Shown piece after piece: positions 38,126 through 47,471 of a stretch of DNA of 64,000 nucleotides. How positions within the stretch are numbered: position 1 is the stretch's first letter; each line of letters begins with the position of its first letter. The translations under genes and the position numbers were made by a program. Source of the stretch: Bdellovibrionales bacterium. GTDB taxonomy: Bacteria > Bdellovibrionota > Bdellovibrionia > Bdellovibrionales > JAGQZY01. The notes under the pieces were generated by a model. That model was given only the letters and a program-made list of their open reading frames with translations. It did no database searches and had not been told where the DNA came from. The DNA lies in assembly GCA_964230645.1 (NCBI GenBank), contig CAXRHT010000002.1, positions 544,001 to 608,000 on the forward strand, given 5' to 3'.

Positions 38126-39591
38126 TACTGTCCTTTACGCACTTCCCAAAGAGTGCCCTCAGCGGAATCACGGATATCAATGCCCATTTGAGTGAGCTCA
38201 TCGCGCAGCCGATCGGACTCTTCGTAGTTTTTGTCTTTTCTTGCTTGAATCCTTTTTGAAACCAACTCGTTAATCTTGTCCCGACTGAGTCCCTTTTGCT
38301 CTAAAAGCATATCATCCAGAGTGGTGAGAAAACTCTCCGGCTCTTCTTGAAAAAGCGAGAGCGGGTCGCCAAACTCAATCACAAAATCCGCAAAAAGCTG
38401 AGAGACCGTCGCCGAAGGTCCTTTTTTCTTAGAACCTTCAGGGACCAGTTGATTATAAAGTCTGACAGTATCAAATAACTGGGCCATAGCTTGAGGGGTG
38501 GCAAAATCATCGGCAAAGAACTTATTGATCGCCTCACGAGCACTTGAGATTTGCTCTATCATCTTTTCCGTCTCTGGAGTTTTAAGTTTCGTGTCCCCAT
38601 TGGCATAACTTTTAGCCTTCCTAAGAGACGAATAGATACGACCCAGAGCTGCGACCGAATTACTTATTGTTGCATCAGAGAAGTCGGCTTGCGAACGGTA
38701 GTGAACCGAAAGAACAAGATATTTAAAGATCTCTCCATTGTATTTTTCAAGAAAACTTCGCATGGTGCGAATATTACCAAGGGACTTAGACATCTTCGCC
38801 CCACTAAAAGTAAACATATTATTATGCATCCAGTATTTTACGTAAGGCTTATCTGTAGCCCCCTCACTCTGTGCAATTTCATTTTCATGATGAGGAAAAA
38901 TTAAATCCATCCCACCACCGTGAATATCAATTTGCTCCCCTAATAGAGCACGAGTCATGGCCGAGCATTCAATATGCCAGCCTGGGCGCCCTTCCCCCCA
39001 TGGCGAGGGCCAAGACTGCTCCCCCTCCTTAGCGGGCTTCCAAAGAGTAAAATCCAAAGGGTTTTTCTTTTTCGGGTCGACTTCAATACGAGAGCCTGAC
39101 TGCATGTCTTCAGGCTTTCTATGACTTAACTTTCCGTAGTCCTTAAAGTTTTCAATCGAGTAAAAAACCTCACCCTCAACTTCATAGGCCCGACCATTAG
39201 CAATGATTTCCTCAATCAAGGCCACAATGGCATCCATATGTTCTGTGACTTTAGGGTTATGAGTGTGAGCCGTTAGCTTCAGCGCTTTGAAGTCTTTCCA
39301 AAACTCATCAATAAAGCGCTCAGCAATGTCTTTAGCTGTTTTACCTTCCTCTTTGGCACGATTAAGAATTTTATCGTCCACGTCGGTGAAATTATAGGCA
39401 TAAGTCACTTTGTAACCGAGATGCTCCAACCAATTGCGAACAAAGTTATAAAAGACCGCTCCCCGAAAGTTCCCAACATGAAGAAAGTCATAAACCGTGG
39501 GCCCACAACAATACATTTTTACCTCCCCTTCCTTGAGGGGAACAAAATCTTCTTTCTTCTGTGTTTGGGAATTATAAATTCTAAGTTCCAT
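38125..39591 (-). CDS. cysS: Cysteine--tRNA ligase
   Basis: CGPTVYD, HVGN, GRPGWHIECS, IHGGGMDLIFPHHENE, KMSKSLGN. Confidence 0.98.
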   Translation of the reverse strand: MELRIYNSQTQKKEDFVPLKEGEVKMYCCGPTVYDFLHVGNFRGAVFYNFVRNWLEHLGYKVTYAYNFTDVDDKILNRAKEEGKTAKDIAERFIDEFWKDFKALKLTAHTHNPKVTEHMDAIVALIEEIIANGRAYEVEGEVFYSIENFKDYGKLSHRKPEDMQSGSRIEVDPKKKNPLDFTLWKPAKEGEQSWPSPWGEGRPGWHIECSAMTRALLGEQIDIHGGGMDLIFPHHENEIAQSEGATDKPYVKYWMHNNMFTFSGAKMSKSLGNIRTMRSFLEKYNGEIFKYLVLSVHYRSQADFSDATISNSVAALGRIYSSLRKAKSYANGDTKLKTPETEKMIEQISSAREAINKFFADDFATPQAMAQLFDTVRLYNQLVPEGSKKKGPSATVSQLFADFVIEFGDPLSLFQEEPESFLTTLDDMLLEQKGLSRDKINELVSKRIQARKDKNYEESDRLRDELTQMGIDIRDSAEGTLWEVRKGQ

Positions 39592-39627
39592 AGCCCACTT
39601 TCTATTTCCGATTATTTAAATAAAGAC

Positions 39628-39819
39628 AATTTTTGATTCAAATTTTGAAGCCTGGAGAAATTCAGCTCGTCATTTTGGAGGGGCTCGAGCAACGAGCGCT
39701 GCGTATCTCGGGCTGCGGCATGAAATGGCGCAGGTCGGGAGACGAAGTGCACCCGGGTGCGTGCCGCTCCGAAAGGACGAGCTGAATTTCTCCAGGCTTC
39801 AAAATTTGAATCAAAAATT
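39628..39819. repeat. Foldback element: 44-bp perfect inverted repeats with GC-rich branched core
   Basis: 39628-39671 is the exact reverse complement of 39776-39819; core hairpins GCTCG-AGCAA-CGAGC and GCACCCGGGTGC. Confidence 0.9.
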
Positions 39820-39897
39820 CCCGGCCCCCTTACTATAAAACCTATTTAAATACGTGGCAACGTTTGCACTTGGGTTTTTAAGTGGGTAGGAAGGGGT

Positions 39898-41265
39898 ATG
39901 TCTGTTGATGAATCTTATAAGGCGCAACCTATTTGGTCTGAACTTGGTCCTGGCTTCTCCGATTCTGTGGAGGGGGCTAGTTTCCCTAAACATATACTGC
40001 GCTACAGAAATCAAAAATGGGCCGGAAAAGTGGGCCTTTCAGGACTCACTGACCAAGAGTGGATCGAGCACTTTTCTGAGTTTAAACCCTTACCTGAAAA
40101 CTTAGAAAAGCCCCAGGCTCTCAGGTACCATGGTCATCAGTTCACCCACTATAACCCAGATCTTGGAGACGGACGAGGCTTCCTCTTTGCACAGGTACAA
40201 TACAAAGATAAAACCTTAGACTTAGGAACCAAAGGCTCCGGCCAAACCCCCTATTCTCGGCAAGGCGACGGAAGACTGACATTAAAGGGAGCCGTGAGAG
40301 AAGCCCTCGCCACCTCAGCCCTTGAAGGCTTTGGAGTGAACACTTCAAAAACCTTTAGTGTTGTTGAAACCGGAGAGGAACTCGTGCGAGGTGACGAGCC
40401 CTCACCGACAAGGTCGGCTGTGCTGTTTCGACTGAGTCACTCCCACATAAGGATTGGAAGCTTTCAACGACTGGCCCATTTTAAAGAAAAAGACAAAATG
40501 CAAACCCTCATAGACTACTGCCTTAAGCACTACTACCCTGAAGTAGGTAGAGAGGAATTCTTCCAGGCCGTTTGCGCGCGAATAGCGAGCACCACCGCTC
40601 AATGGATGGTTCACGGTTTTGTGCATGGGGTTCTTAACACCGACAATATTAATATCACTGGGGAAAGTTTCGATTATGGCCCCTATCGGTTCTTGCCTCA
40701 TTACGACACCTCTTTTACCGCCGCTTACTTCGATCACCAGGGTCTTTATGCCTACGGTCGCCAGCCTGTCATGGTTTTATGGAACCTCGAAAGATTGGCA
40801 GAATCTTTGACTCTCATAAACGATAAAGAAGAGACCTACAATAAAGGTTATGAGAAGTATAAAGAAGTTCTCAATGAAACCATTTATAACGAGTTCGCTA
40901 GGAAAATTGGAATTAAAGTCCCTGAAAATATCCAAAAGATAAAAAATCTTTTTCATCTTTGTCTGCAGTTTTTAGAAAAGTCAAAATGCCCCTACCAAGC
41001 TTTCTTTCATCATCTTTATTGCTGGCACCAAGATCTTAACCGCCCCCTTAAAGAATATTCTCCAGAGTTTTACGACTCCCCTTGGATTGAGGACATAGAA
41101 AAAGAGTTGGGTCTTATGGAGCGCTCCCCTCAAGCCAAAGAAAAATCCATCGATGACTATCAAACCTTGGTGATTGATGAGATCGAAAGCATTTGGTCTG
41201 AGATTGATACAAAGGACAATTGGCAGCCCTTTTATAAAAAGATCGATCAACTTGAAAAGGCTTAA
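39898..41265 (+). CDS. ydiU: Protein adenylyltransferase SelO/YdiU
   Basis: YHGHQF, LGDGRG, KGSGQTPYSRQGDGR, IRIGSFQ, GFVHGVLNTDN, DYGPY. Confidence 0.95.
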   Translation: MSVDESYKAQPIWSELGPGFSDSVEGASFPKHILRYRNQKWAGKVGLSGLTDQEWIEHFSEFKPLPENLEKPQALRYHGHQFTHYNPDLGDGRGFLFAQVQYKDKTLDLGTKGSGQTPYSRQGDGRLTLKGAVREALATSALEGFGVNTSKTFSVVETGEELVRGDEPSPTRSAVLFRLSHSHIRIGSFQRLAHFKEKDKMQTLIDYCLKHYYPEVGREEFFQAVCARIASTTAQWMVHGFVHGVLNTDNINITGESFDYGPYRFLPHYDTSFTAAYFDHQGLYAYGRQPVMVLWNLERLAESLTLINDKEETYNKGYEKYKEVLNETIYNEFARKIGIKVPENIQKIKNLFHLCLQFLEKSKCPYQAFFHHLYCWHQDLNRPLKEYSPEFYDSPWIEDIEKELGLMERSPQAKEKSIDDYQTLVIDEIESIWSEIDTKDNWQPFYKKIDQLEKA

Positions 41266-41437
41266 CCCATATTTGAGGCGCTTTTTCGGCAGAATTCTCA
41301 TTATGAGAGACAAAAATTGTCTATCCTTTTGAAGAAATTATAATCATTTGACAGCTATCTAAAATAAAATCACCTCCCAGAAAGCTTAAACCCCTATTTT
41401 ATCAGGTTTCAGCCGGGACTAACCGATGGTCCAACTA

Positions 41438-41453
41438 TGGCAACATTCTTGCT
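41438..41453 (+). promoter_or_regulatory. Putative sigma54 -24/-12 promoter
   Basis: TGGCAACATTCTTGCT (GG-N10-GC), just downstream of a sigma28-like ACCGATGG. Confidence 0.65.
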
Positions 41454-41500
41454 CTTATATCAGGTTGTTGACTAAGAATTTTTAAGGAGAAGGGTTTATT

Positions 41501-42616
41501 ATGTATTCAAATCACACGTGTCCTAGATGTGCTAATCCAATTAGCTTAGAAAGAATGCTCGGCAATGTTGTTGTCTGTTCCTGCGGTTGGAGTGGTGACA
41601 AATCTCATTTTGAGCCACCAAAGCGCAAACTTCCCATCAAAAAAGCAATGTATGGTCTATTGATCGCCGGACTGATCTACACAGGTGTAGAAGGTCGTAA
41701 ATGGGGAAAACATTTTCCTGAGCGTGTGTACTATCAAACAATTAGTGCTCTTAAAATGACAACAGCCAAAGACGAAGCTCGTATGGCGACTGTCTGTAAA
41801 GATATGAAAAAACACAAATGCGCCGCCGATGCTTACACAAAAGCTCTAGCAAAGGCCCCTAAGTCCTATAATCTAGCGGGAGCCTTAGGTGTTGAGCTCT
41901 CTCGCATCGGAGAGCATGATCGCGCGATTTTAACCTTTCAAAATTTCTTTAGCCATGAAGACGGAAACGATGTGCACAAACAGCATTTCGCAAGATCCCT
42001 TTCAGAGAAAGAGTATATTGTTGACGCCACCGAGTGGTATTACAAAGCCCTTCAAGCCAATGCTAAAAACTTCGACGCTGCTAAAGAGCTTATTCAACAT
42101 TTGGTTAAAAATGAGCAACACGTTGAAGCTTTGAGTGTCATTGGTCACTACAATGTTCTTTTCCCTAAAACGAGAAAAGAGTGGGCTAAAACCACGGACC
42201 AAGTGAAACAAGCTTATAACGACTACACCAGTAAGTATGCCATTGAAGAAATTAAAATTGCTGGAATTAATAAGTATCTTCATGCACCAGTAAAATTTGC
42301 GGGCCATAAAGACACGCAACTTTTTATGGTCGATCCTGAGTCTGAGTTTCTAACTGTAGACTTAAAGCAGATCCAAGAAATGGGTCTTGACTATAAGGAT
42401 CTTGGTGAAAAAGAAGTTATGGCTACCAATGGTCGCTACCTTAAGGGTACGCAGATTGTTCTTCCTGAACTTAAAGTCGGCCCTTTTGCTTTACAAAATG
42501 TCAAAGCTATTGCCTGCGACCGCTGTGCTTTTATGCTAGGAAAAGATGTGATGAAGCGTCTTAACTTTAAAGCTCAAACCAACAAGGGAATCAAGTATAT
42601 TACCCTTAAGCAATAA
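41501..42616 (+). CDS. Zn-ribbon + TM + TPR + retropepsin-like aspartic protease domain protein
   Basis: CPRC...CSC, TM, TPR-like helices, FMVDPES...TANG-like TNGR...LKVGPF...MLGKDVM. Confidence 0.8.
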   Translation: MYSNHTCPRCANPISLERMLGNVVVCSCGWSGDKSHFEPPKRKLPIKKAMYGLLIAGLIYTGVEGRKWGKHFPERVYYQTISALKMTTAKDEARMATVCKDMKKHKCAADAYTKALAKAPKSYNLAGALGVELSRIGEHDRAILTFQNFFSHEDGNDVHKQHFARSLSEKEYIVDATEWYYKALQANAKNFDAAKELIQHLVKNEQHVEALSVIGHYNVLFPKTRKEWAKTTDQVKQAYNDYTSKYAIEEIKIAGINKYLHAPVKFAGHKDTQLFMVDPESEFLTVDLKQIQEMGLDYKDLGEKEVMATNGRYLKGTQIVLPELKVGPFALQNVKAIACDRCAFMLGKDVMKRLNFKAQTNKGIKYITLKQ

Positions 42617-42640
42617 ATATTAAATTAAAATTAACTCTTC

Positions 42641-42672
42641 AAAAAGCCCAAGATCAACTTGGGCTTTTTTTT
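42641..42672. terminator. Bidirectional intrinsic terminator
   Basis: AAAAGCCCAAG-ATCAA-CTTGGGCTTTTT between convergent genes. Confidence 0.85.
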
Positions 42673-42992
42673 TAGCTGGTTACTTTTAGTCCCACAATCG
42701 AAACAATTAGCATAGATAAAAACAAAAGTTTTGATAACGGCATGGGCTCTTTGAATAGGAGTACACCCACTGCCACCACACCGAATGTGCCAATTCCCAC
42801 CCAAACAGCATAAGCTGTGCTTATGGGAATGTACTGACAAGCTCTAGCGAGAAAATACATACTGGCTGCTAAAAAAATGAGTGTAACAAGACTTGGAAGA
42901 AAGTTTGTCCAACCTTGAGTTCTCTTTAAACCCAAGGCCCAACAGATTTCAAACAAACCCGCTAAAAAAAGATAAAACCACGCTCCTGACAA
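42672..42992 (-). CDS. sugE: SMR-family guanidinium exporter Gdx (SugE)
   Basis: AWFYLFLAGLFEICWALGLK, PISTAYAVWVGIG, IVGLKV; upstream guanidine riboswitch. Confidence 0.93.
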   Translation of the reverse strand: MSGAWFYLFLAGLFEICWALGLKRTQGWTNFLPSLVTLIFLAASMYFLARACQYIPISTAYAVWVGIGTFGVVAVGVLLFKEPMPLSKLLFLSMLIVSIVGLKVTS

Positions 42993-43014
42993 AAGGACCT
43001 CCTTAAATTTGAAG

Positions 43015-43055
43015 GCGTCGTCTTGTCTTGACCGGGTACGGCGCGTCTCGTCCGG
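43015..43055 (-). ncRNA. Guanidine-III (ykkC-III) riboswitch
   Basis: Minus strand reads CCGGACGAGACGCGCCGTACCCGGTCAAGACAAGACGACGC, closely matching the recalled guanidine-III aptamer (CCGGACGAG..GCGCCGTACCCGGTCA.GACAAGACGGCGC); directly precedes the SD AAGGAGG of sugE. Confidence 0.92.
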
Positions 43056-43092
43056 AGCCCCAGCTTGCGATCAAACGGGGGCAAAAAATGAG

Positions 43093-43437
43093 TTAATATG
43101 GGAGTCTGGACTTAATGTATTGGACCATCTCAGAGCCAAAAACTTTCTGAAGTCTTTTCTCTGGAGGTGTATTAATAAGGTCAAAAACGCGCTTTTTTAC
43201 TTCCGGATGCTTTTGACTGAGAGCCGAAGACATCCCAACAAATAAGGCTTCAGCAGGGTGCTCAAAGGCCCACTGCACATTTTTTTCAAGCTGAACTTCT
43301 TTTGAAATCACTTTGGCTTTTCGTTTTACTTTCTTTTTATCCACATCGACCATATCTTCCATTGTGGCTGATTGCCTTTCTTCAGGCTCGTTGGTTCGGT
43401 CTTCAACATCCATATGTAACGTATCGTCTTTTTTCAT
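43093..43437 (-). CDS. Hypothetical cytoplasmic protein
   Basis: 114-aa ORF with SD AAGGGA; no recognised motif. Confidence 0.6.
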   Translation of the reverse strand: MKKDDTLHMDVEDRTNEPEERQSATMEDMVDVDKKKVKRKAKVISKEVQLEKNVQWAFEHPAEALFVGMSSALSQKHPEVKKRVFDLINTPPEKRLQKVFGSEMVQYIKSRLPY

Positions 43438-43675
43438 TGAATTATCCCTTCATTCTCAAACGCCACACTACCCTATTTTTTCTCGTTTGTAATTGTTTAG
43501 TATTTCAAGAAAGTGTGGATTTTTGGAAAAATCCTTTTTGAAATTTACTTTAGACCCCTTTTGTAATTATTTTATCCCACTACCCCCCTTACTCTTTATA
43601 AATCCTTCCTACCTTCACAGAAGAAATGCCGGGGTCAACGGCCTAATGCTAGACCCTTTGGTTGTAGGGGAAAAA

Positions 43676-44812
43676 ATGATTCGTTTTATCTTTCTGATAT
43701 TGAGCTTTAGCATGAGTGCTGGAGCGGCCCACGAGGTCGCCTTTGACGAGGTATGGAAACTCAATGACTCCCATCCCTTAAAAAAAGATTTGGATCTGAG
43801 TCTTTATATTTCTGAGCGCTCGGATTGGAGGAAATCAAAGATCAAGTCTCGCCTTTTGAGAGCCAATGAAATTCTCAATACTTGTGAGGTTCAGATCGCA
43901 AGGGTCTATGTGCATTCCTGGCTGCCTTCAAACCCTTTATTAAGACTTGATGAGTATATTTCTGAAAGCAAACACTACGATGGTCTTCGGCACGCCTCAT
44001 ACAAATCAAGAAAAGTAACAGACCTGCAACTCTTTTACTTTAAAGACTACTATGAAGGGATGACTAGCGGCCCAGCTCTTCCTTTAGCTGTTTATCCCAG
44101 TGAAAGAATTGAGCCTGTGACCTTCAATACCGCTTGGTTTCCTTATCTTTCAGCCCAAAGGCTACGCCCCCAGGGTTTTAAATACAACGAAGAGGCCCAC
44201 GAAATAGGACATATTCTCTTACAAACGGGACACACCCATCATGAGCATGAAAATATCCTGGCCAATGAATCTGAAAAACGTCGACCTTTGTTTTTGCCCC
44301 ACCAGTGCAATAAACTCCGCCAGCACCCGTCTTTAAAAGAGGGTTTGAAAGAAAAGGTCTACCCGCTCTTTGCCAGCTACTTCCATACATACTCTCGCGA
44401 TTTCTATATGACCGACTGGTGCTCACGCAACACTCAAAACCTAAGCCAAGCCTTGCATTCTCTTTTTGCAAAAGAAGATTTAAACGCCAAGCAGGTGTTT
44501 CTAATGCACAAGGAGGAAGGACGCTCACTTTATCCTCATCAAGCTCGAAAATTTATCTCGGGCTGGCGCTTTCATTCTTTTTTACTTTTAGACAACAACT
44601 GGGTTCTTGATTTGGACTACGGGAAAACTCCCCAAATAATCCCATTTAAACAGTATCTTACTTCAATGTTTGAAGAAGAATTCCAGGAACTAAAATATAT
44701 TCTCGTTGATCCGGCCGAAAATAGGGCCATCACCTACCACGAAGTATCAGCCCTTTTTTCCGCAAGGTCCTCAAAAAATATTTTGCAAACGAAAGACCTC
44801 TTCTATCAGTAA
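43676..44812 (+). CDS. Secreted zincin metallopeptidase fused to a Cys-His-Asp (glutaminase/transglutaminase-like) domain
   Basis: Start at MIRFIFL after SD AGGGG; HEIGHILLQTGH; C-terminal WCSRN / WRFHSFL / VLDLDY. Confidence 0.68.
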   Translation: MIRFIFLILSFSMSAGAAHEVAFDEVWKLNDSHPLKKDLDLSLYISERSDWRKSKIKSRLLRANEILNTCEVQIARVYVHSWLPSNPLLRLDEYISESKHYDGLRHASYKSRKVTDLQLFYFKDYYEGMTSGPALPLAVYPSERIEPVTFNTAWFPYLSAQRLRPQGFKYNEEAHEIGHILLQTGHTHHEHENILANESEKRRPLFLPHQCNKLRQHPSLKEGLKEKVYPLFASYFHTYSRDFYMTDWCSRNTQNLSQALHSLFAKEDLNAKQVFLMHKEEGRSLYPHQARKFISGWRFHSFLLLDNNWVLDLDYGKTPQIIPFKQYLTSMFEEEFQELKYILVDPAENRAITYHEVSALFSARSSKNILQTKDLFYQ

Positions 44813-44815
44813 GAT

Positions 44816-46132
44816 CTAGCACCCCCCCTGATTGTACTCTGGATATTTGTCTTTAAAGTAAGGGCAGATTTTGTTGTAAAGAATTTCAGTGAACTTCCGA
44901 GCTCCTGGTTTGGTGTAGTGAACGTAGTCATAATAATAAAGGGAGTCTTTGGGCATAAGCTTTGCCATATCGACTAGCTTCACCTGCGAGTCCCGAGCCA
45001 CCTTTCTTATAATATCGTTATAAGTTTCAAGCATGGTCCACATTTCATTTCCTGTAAGGCCTTGGCCCCACCCCACGTTGCCCGCTTGTAAGATCATACG
45101 ACCGAGGTTTACCCCTGTTCTCGGATCTACCGCCGGACCAAACAAGGCCGGCTGAGTGAGAAAAATGGGCTCTGAGCCTGCTTTGCGCGAAATAGCAATA
45201 AGTTCACGGAGGTTTTCCTCAACCCTCACTTGATTCTTTTTTTGTTTCGCCAATTCTTTTTGAACAAAGGCCATATTGTCATCGCGAGTCTCAAGTTTTT
45301 TTAAATGAACCTCATACTCATCGAGTTTTCTAAAATCAGATGTGTCGAATCCTTTTTCATAAAACTCAGGGAGGTAATGATGGCCTAGGTTTAACGACTC
45401 CGCCATTTTTTGCCTATACTGCTCTGAGAGATAGAGAAAAGTGAGAGAAAAGTCCCGGTAACGGTGAAAAAAATTGAAGAGTTTAAAGGTGAAGCTTTCA
45501 AACACCGCTTCAAAAGGCAAATTACTCACCTTCTTAACGTAATTCTCACCGGGCTTACTCCCATAATCGATGGGATTTTCTTGGCTAAAATAGTAGTCGT
45601 TCTGCTCGTTGGCGCCAATGAGAAACAAGATCACGTCAGGACTGACTCCCTCTGTGATAAAGTTTTTTAGAAAATCAATATGACCTTGAGTGGACTGACC
45701 ATCCACACCGGCATTCGCAAACCAGAAAGGTTCATAAATTTCATCCAACTTTTTGCCTAAAAGATCGACCCAGGTGGTGCCATCGCTTAAAACGATACAA
45801 GCGGTTGTGCTTCCCCCCATAGCCATAAAACTAAAACGGTCTTTGAAACTTTGAGGTGGGTCTTCCCCTCTCATCCCCAATCGATTCGTAGTAAGTGTGA
45901 TAATAGGATCAACTTTTTGGCTTGAGACATGCGGGACTTTGAAGCGAGAGCGGTTATCGACTTGTTGATCCTTGTTGGCTTGGTTTTCCATATAAACCTG
46001 AGGATCAAGTCTCGTTTGAAAACCAGTAAGAGAAAGGATCCCTTCGGTGGCTAAAAAAATGAATAACAGAAGGCCAATAAAAACAGAAAGATTGATGACT
46101 ACAATTTTTAGAAGCTTTTTAAGGGGCCGCAC
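44816..46132 (-). CDS. Membrane-anchored SGNH/GDSL hydrolase or acyltransferase
   Basis: TM, TNRLGMRG, MGGSTT, NAGVDG, IGANE, DYVHYT. Confidence 0.85.
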   Translation of the reverse strand: MRPLKKLLKIVVINLSVFIGLLLFIFLATEGILSLTGFQTRLDPQVYMENQANKDQQVDNRSRFKVPHVSSQKVDPIITLTTNRLGMRGEDPPQSFKDRFSFMAMGGSTTACIVLSDGTTWVDLLGKKLDEIYEPFWFANAGVDGQSTQGHIDFLKNFITEGVSPDVILFLIGANEQNDYYFSQENPIDYGSKPGENYVKKVSNLPFEAVFESFTFKLFNFFHRYRDFSLTFLYLSEQYRQKMAESLNLGHHYLPEFYEKGFDTSDFRKLDEYEVHLKKLETRDDNMAFVQKELAKQKKNQVRVEENLRELIAISRKAGSEPIFLTQPALFGPAVDPRTGVNLGRMILQAGNVGWGQGLTGNEMWTMLETYNDIIRKVARDSQVKLVDMAKLMPKDSLYYYDYVHYTKPGARKFTEILYNKICPYFKDKYPEYNQGGC

Positions 46133-46141
46133 TGTTGAGGC

Positions 46142-46633
46142 TTAAATTCCGATATCAGACAGAGCTTTTGAAATGTGGGTCACACCATGATTGTGCATCC
46201 AAGCATTGACTTGTGAGATAAAAGACTCTGTCGCACTTTCCTCTTCCTCTCCAAAAGAAGCATCAAAGTACTGCAACAAATCTTTTTCGGTGACGATCCC
46301 AGCGACTCGGCCATCTTGAGTGAGCACAACTGAGCCCACCTGGTGATCCACCAACTTTCCAAGAAGCTCTTTGCGACTCTCGGTGACCTCCGCTTTAATC
46401 ACGGGCTGAATCATCACCTCTTTTACTTTTATATTTTTTAAAAGCTCAGAAAAACTCTCATTTCTGTCTTGAACTTCTTTTCTAGCTAGAAAATCGGTCA
46501 CATCTGTTTTTGAAACCATCCCTATAAGCTTACCCTCTTCCACGATGGGCACATGGCTAATAGAATTGTGCTGAAAGCAACTCAGAAGTGTTTTCAGATC
46601 ATCGTTTCTCTCTAGTATAATGACTTCACTCAT
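46142..46633 (-). CDS. CBS-pair domain protein
   Basis: ISHVPIVEEGKLIGMVSKTD and VAGIVTEKDLL. Confidence 0.9.
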   Translation of the reverse strand: MSEVIILERNDDLKTLLSCFQHNSISHVPIVEEGKLIGMVSKTDVTDFLARKEVQDRNESFSELLKNIKVKEVMIQPVIKAEVTESRKELLGKLVDHQVGSVVLTQDGRVAGIVTEKDLLQYFDASFGEEEESATESFISQVNAWMHNHGVTHISKALSDIGI

Positions 46634-47433
46634 AGGGTCTCCCAGAAGCTTTGTAGTTCAGTGGCCAACCTCTTCGGGTTTTCCATATTCATCGAATGGC
46701 CTTGATTGTCCATGACTTTAAGTTTGGCATTGGGTAGACGCTCTTTATTTTGTTCCGCCATTTCCATTTTCAAAACTTCGTCTTTGTCCCCATGGAGGAT
46801 AAGGGTCGGTAGACTGATCTGATCCATTTTTGCAGTGATATCAATTTGATCACTCAGGACATCGATCACACCTTGCCACATGGGGTTATCACAATTCCAG
46901 GTGATATTAAAAAGCTTGGTAAACTCCTCGGAGGTTGGGTCGCATCCATCGATGGTTGCTGCTAAAACACCGCGAGCGTACTCTTTGTCAACCGACATTT
47001 TTCCAAAGTGAGCGAGCACTTGGTTTTTAGGAAGTTCTAATTCGAGCCCTGTACCGCCGACCGAGTCTAAAAGTGTCAGGCTTTTGAAAAGTTCTGGTTT
47101 CTGTAAAACAGCCATCATCGCGATCAACCCACCAGTGGAATGACCCACTAAATGGACCTCGCTCATCTTTTGATCTTCAATCAAGTTCACAACATCAGAC
47201 GCGCAAGTTTCAAAATTAATTTCAAGGAAACTTTCAATTCCTTTCGATTCCCCGTAACCGCGCCAATCCGCAGCCACCATAGAACCTTCTCCTTTATTCT
47301 GACTAAGAATCTCCATGGTGGGATACCACCACTCTTTGGAAGCGAGATTGCCGTGAATAAAAAAGACGTTGCGTGAGCTTCCATCGACTTTTGTGTAAGC
47401 GATGTTAAAGCCATTGCTATCGAAAGTGGCCAT
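46630..47433 (-). CDS. Alpha/beta hydrolase
   Basis: FIHGNLAS, DWRGYGES, GHSTGG, LHGDKD, GHS; SD GAGGAG. Confidence 0.92.
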   Translation of the reverse strand: MATFDSNGFNIAYTKVDGSSRNVFFIHGNLASKEWWYPTMEILSQNKGEGSMVAADWRGYGESKGIESFLEINFETCASDVVNLIEDQKMSEVHLVGHSTGGLIAMMAVLQKPELFKSLTLLDSVGGTGLELELPKNQVLAHFGKMSVDKEYARGVLAATIDGCDPTSEEFTKLFNITWNCDNPMWQGVIDVLSDQIDITAKMDQISLPTLILHGDKDEVLKMEMAEQNKERLPNAKLKVMDNQGHSMNMENPKRLATELQSFWETL

Positions 47434-47471
47434 TTTTTCTCCTCGAACCAAAAGTTCGGTTTGGTAGTTTC

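Noticed and set aside
39898..41265. Selenocysteine recoding in SelO
   Set aside because: The ORF ends in TAA with no C-terminal CxxU-like motif.
43493..43675. N-terminal extension of the 439-aa ORF
   Set aside because: The signal peptide and SD indicate a start at 43676; extensions at 15132, 15127, 19756, 48261 and 57640 were trimmed for similar reasons.
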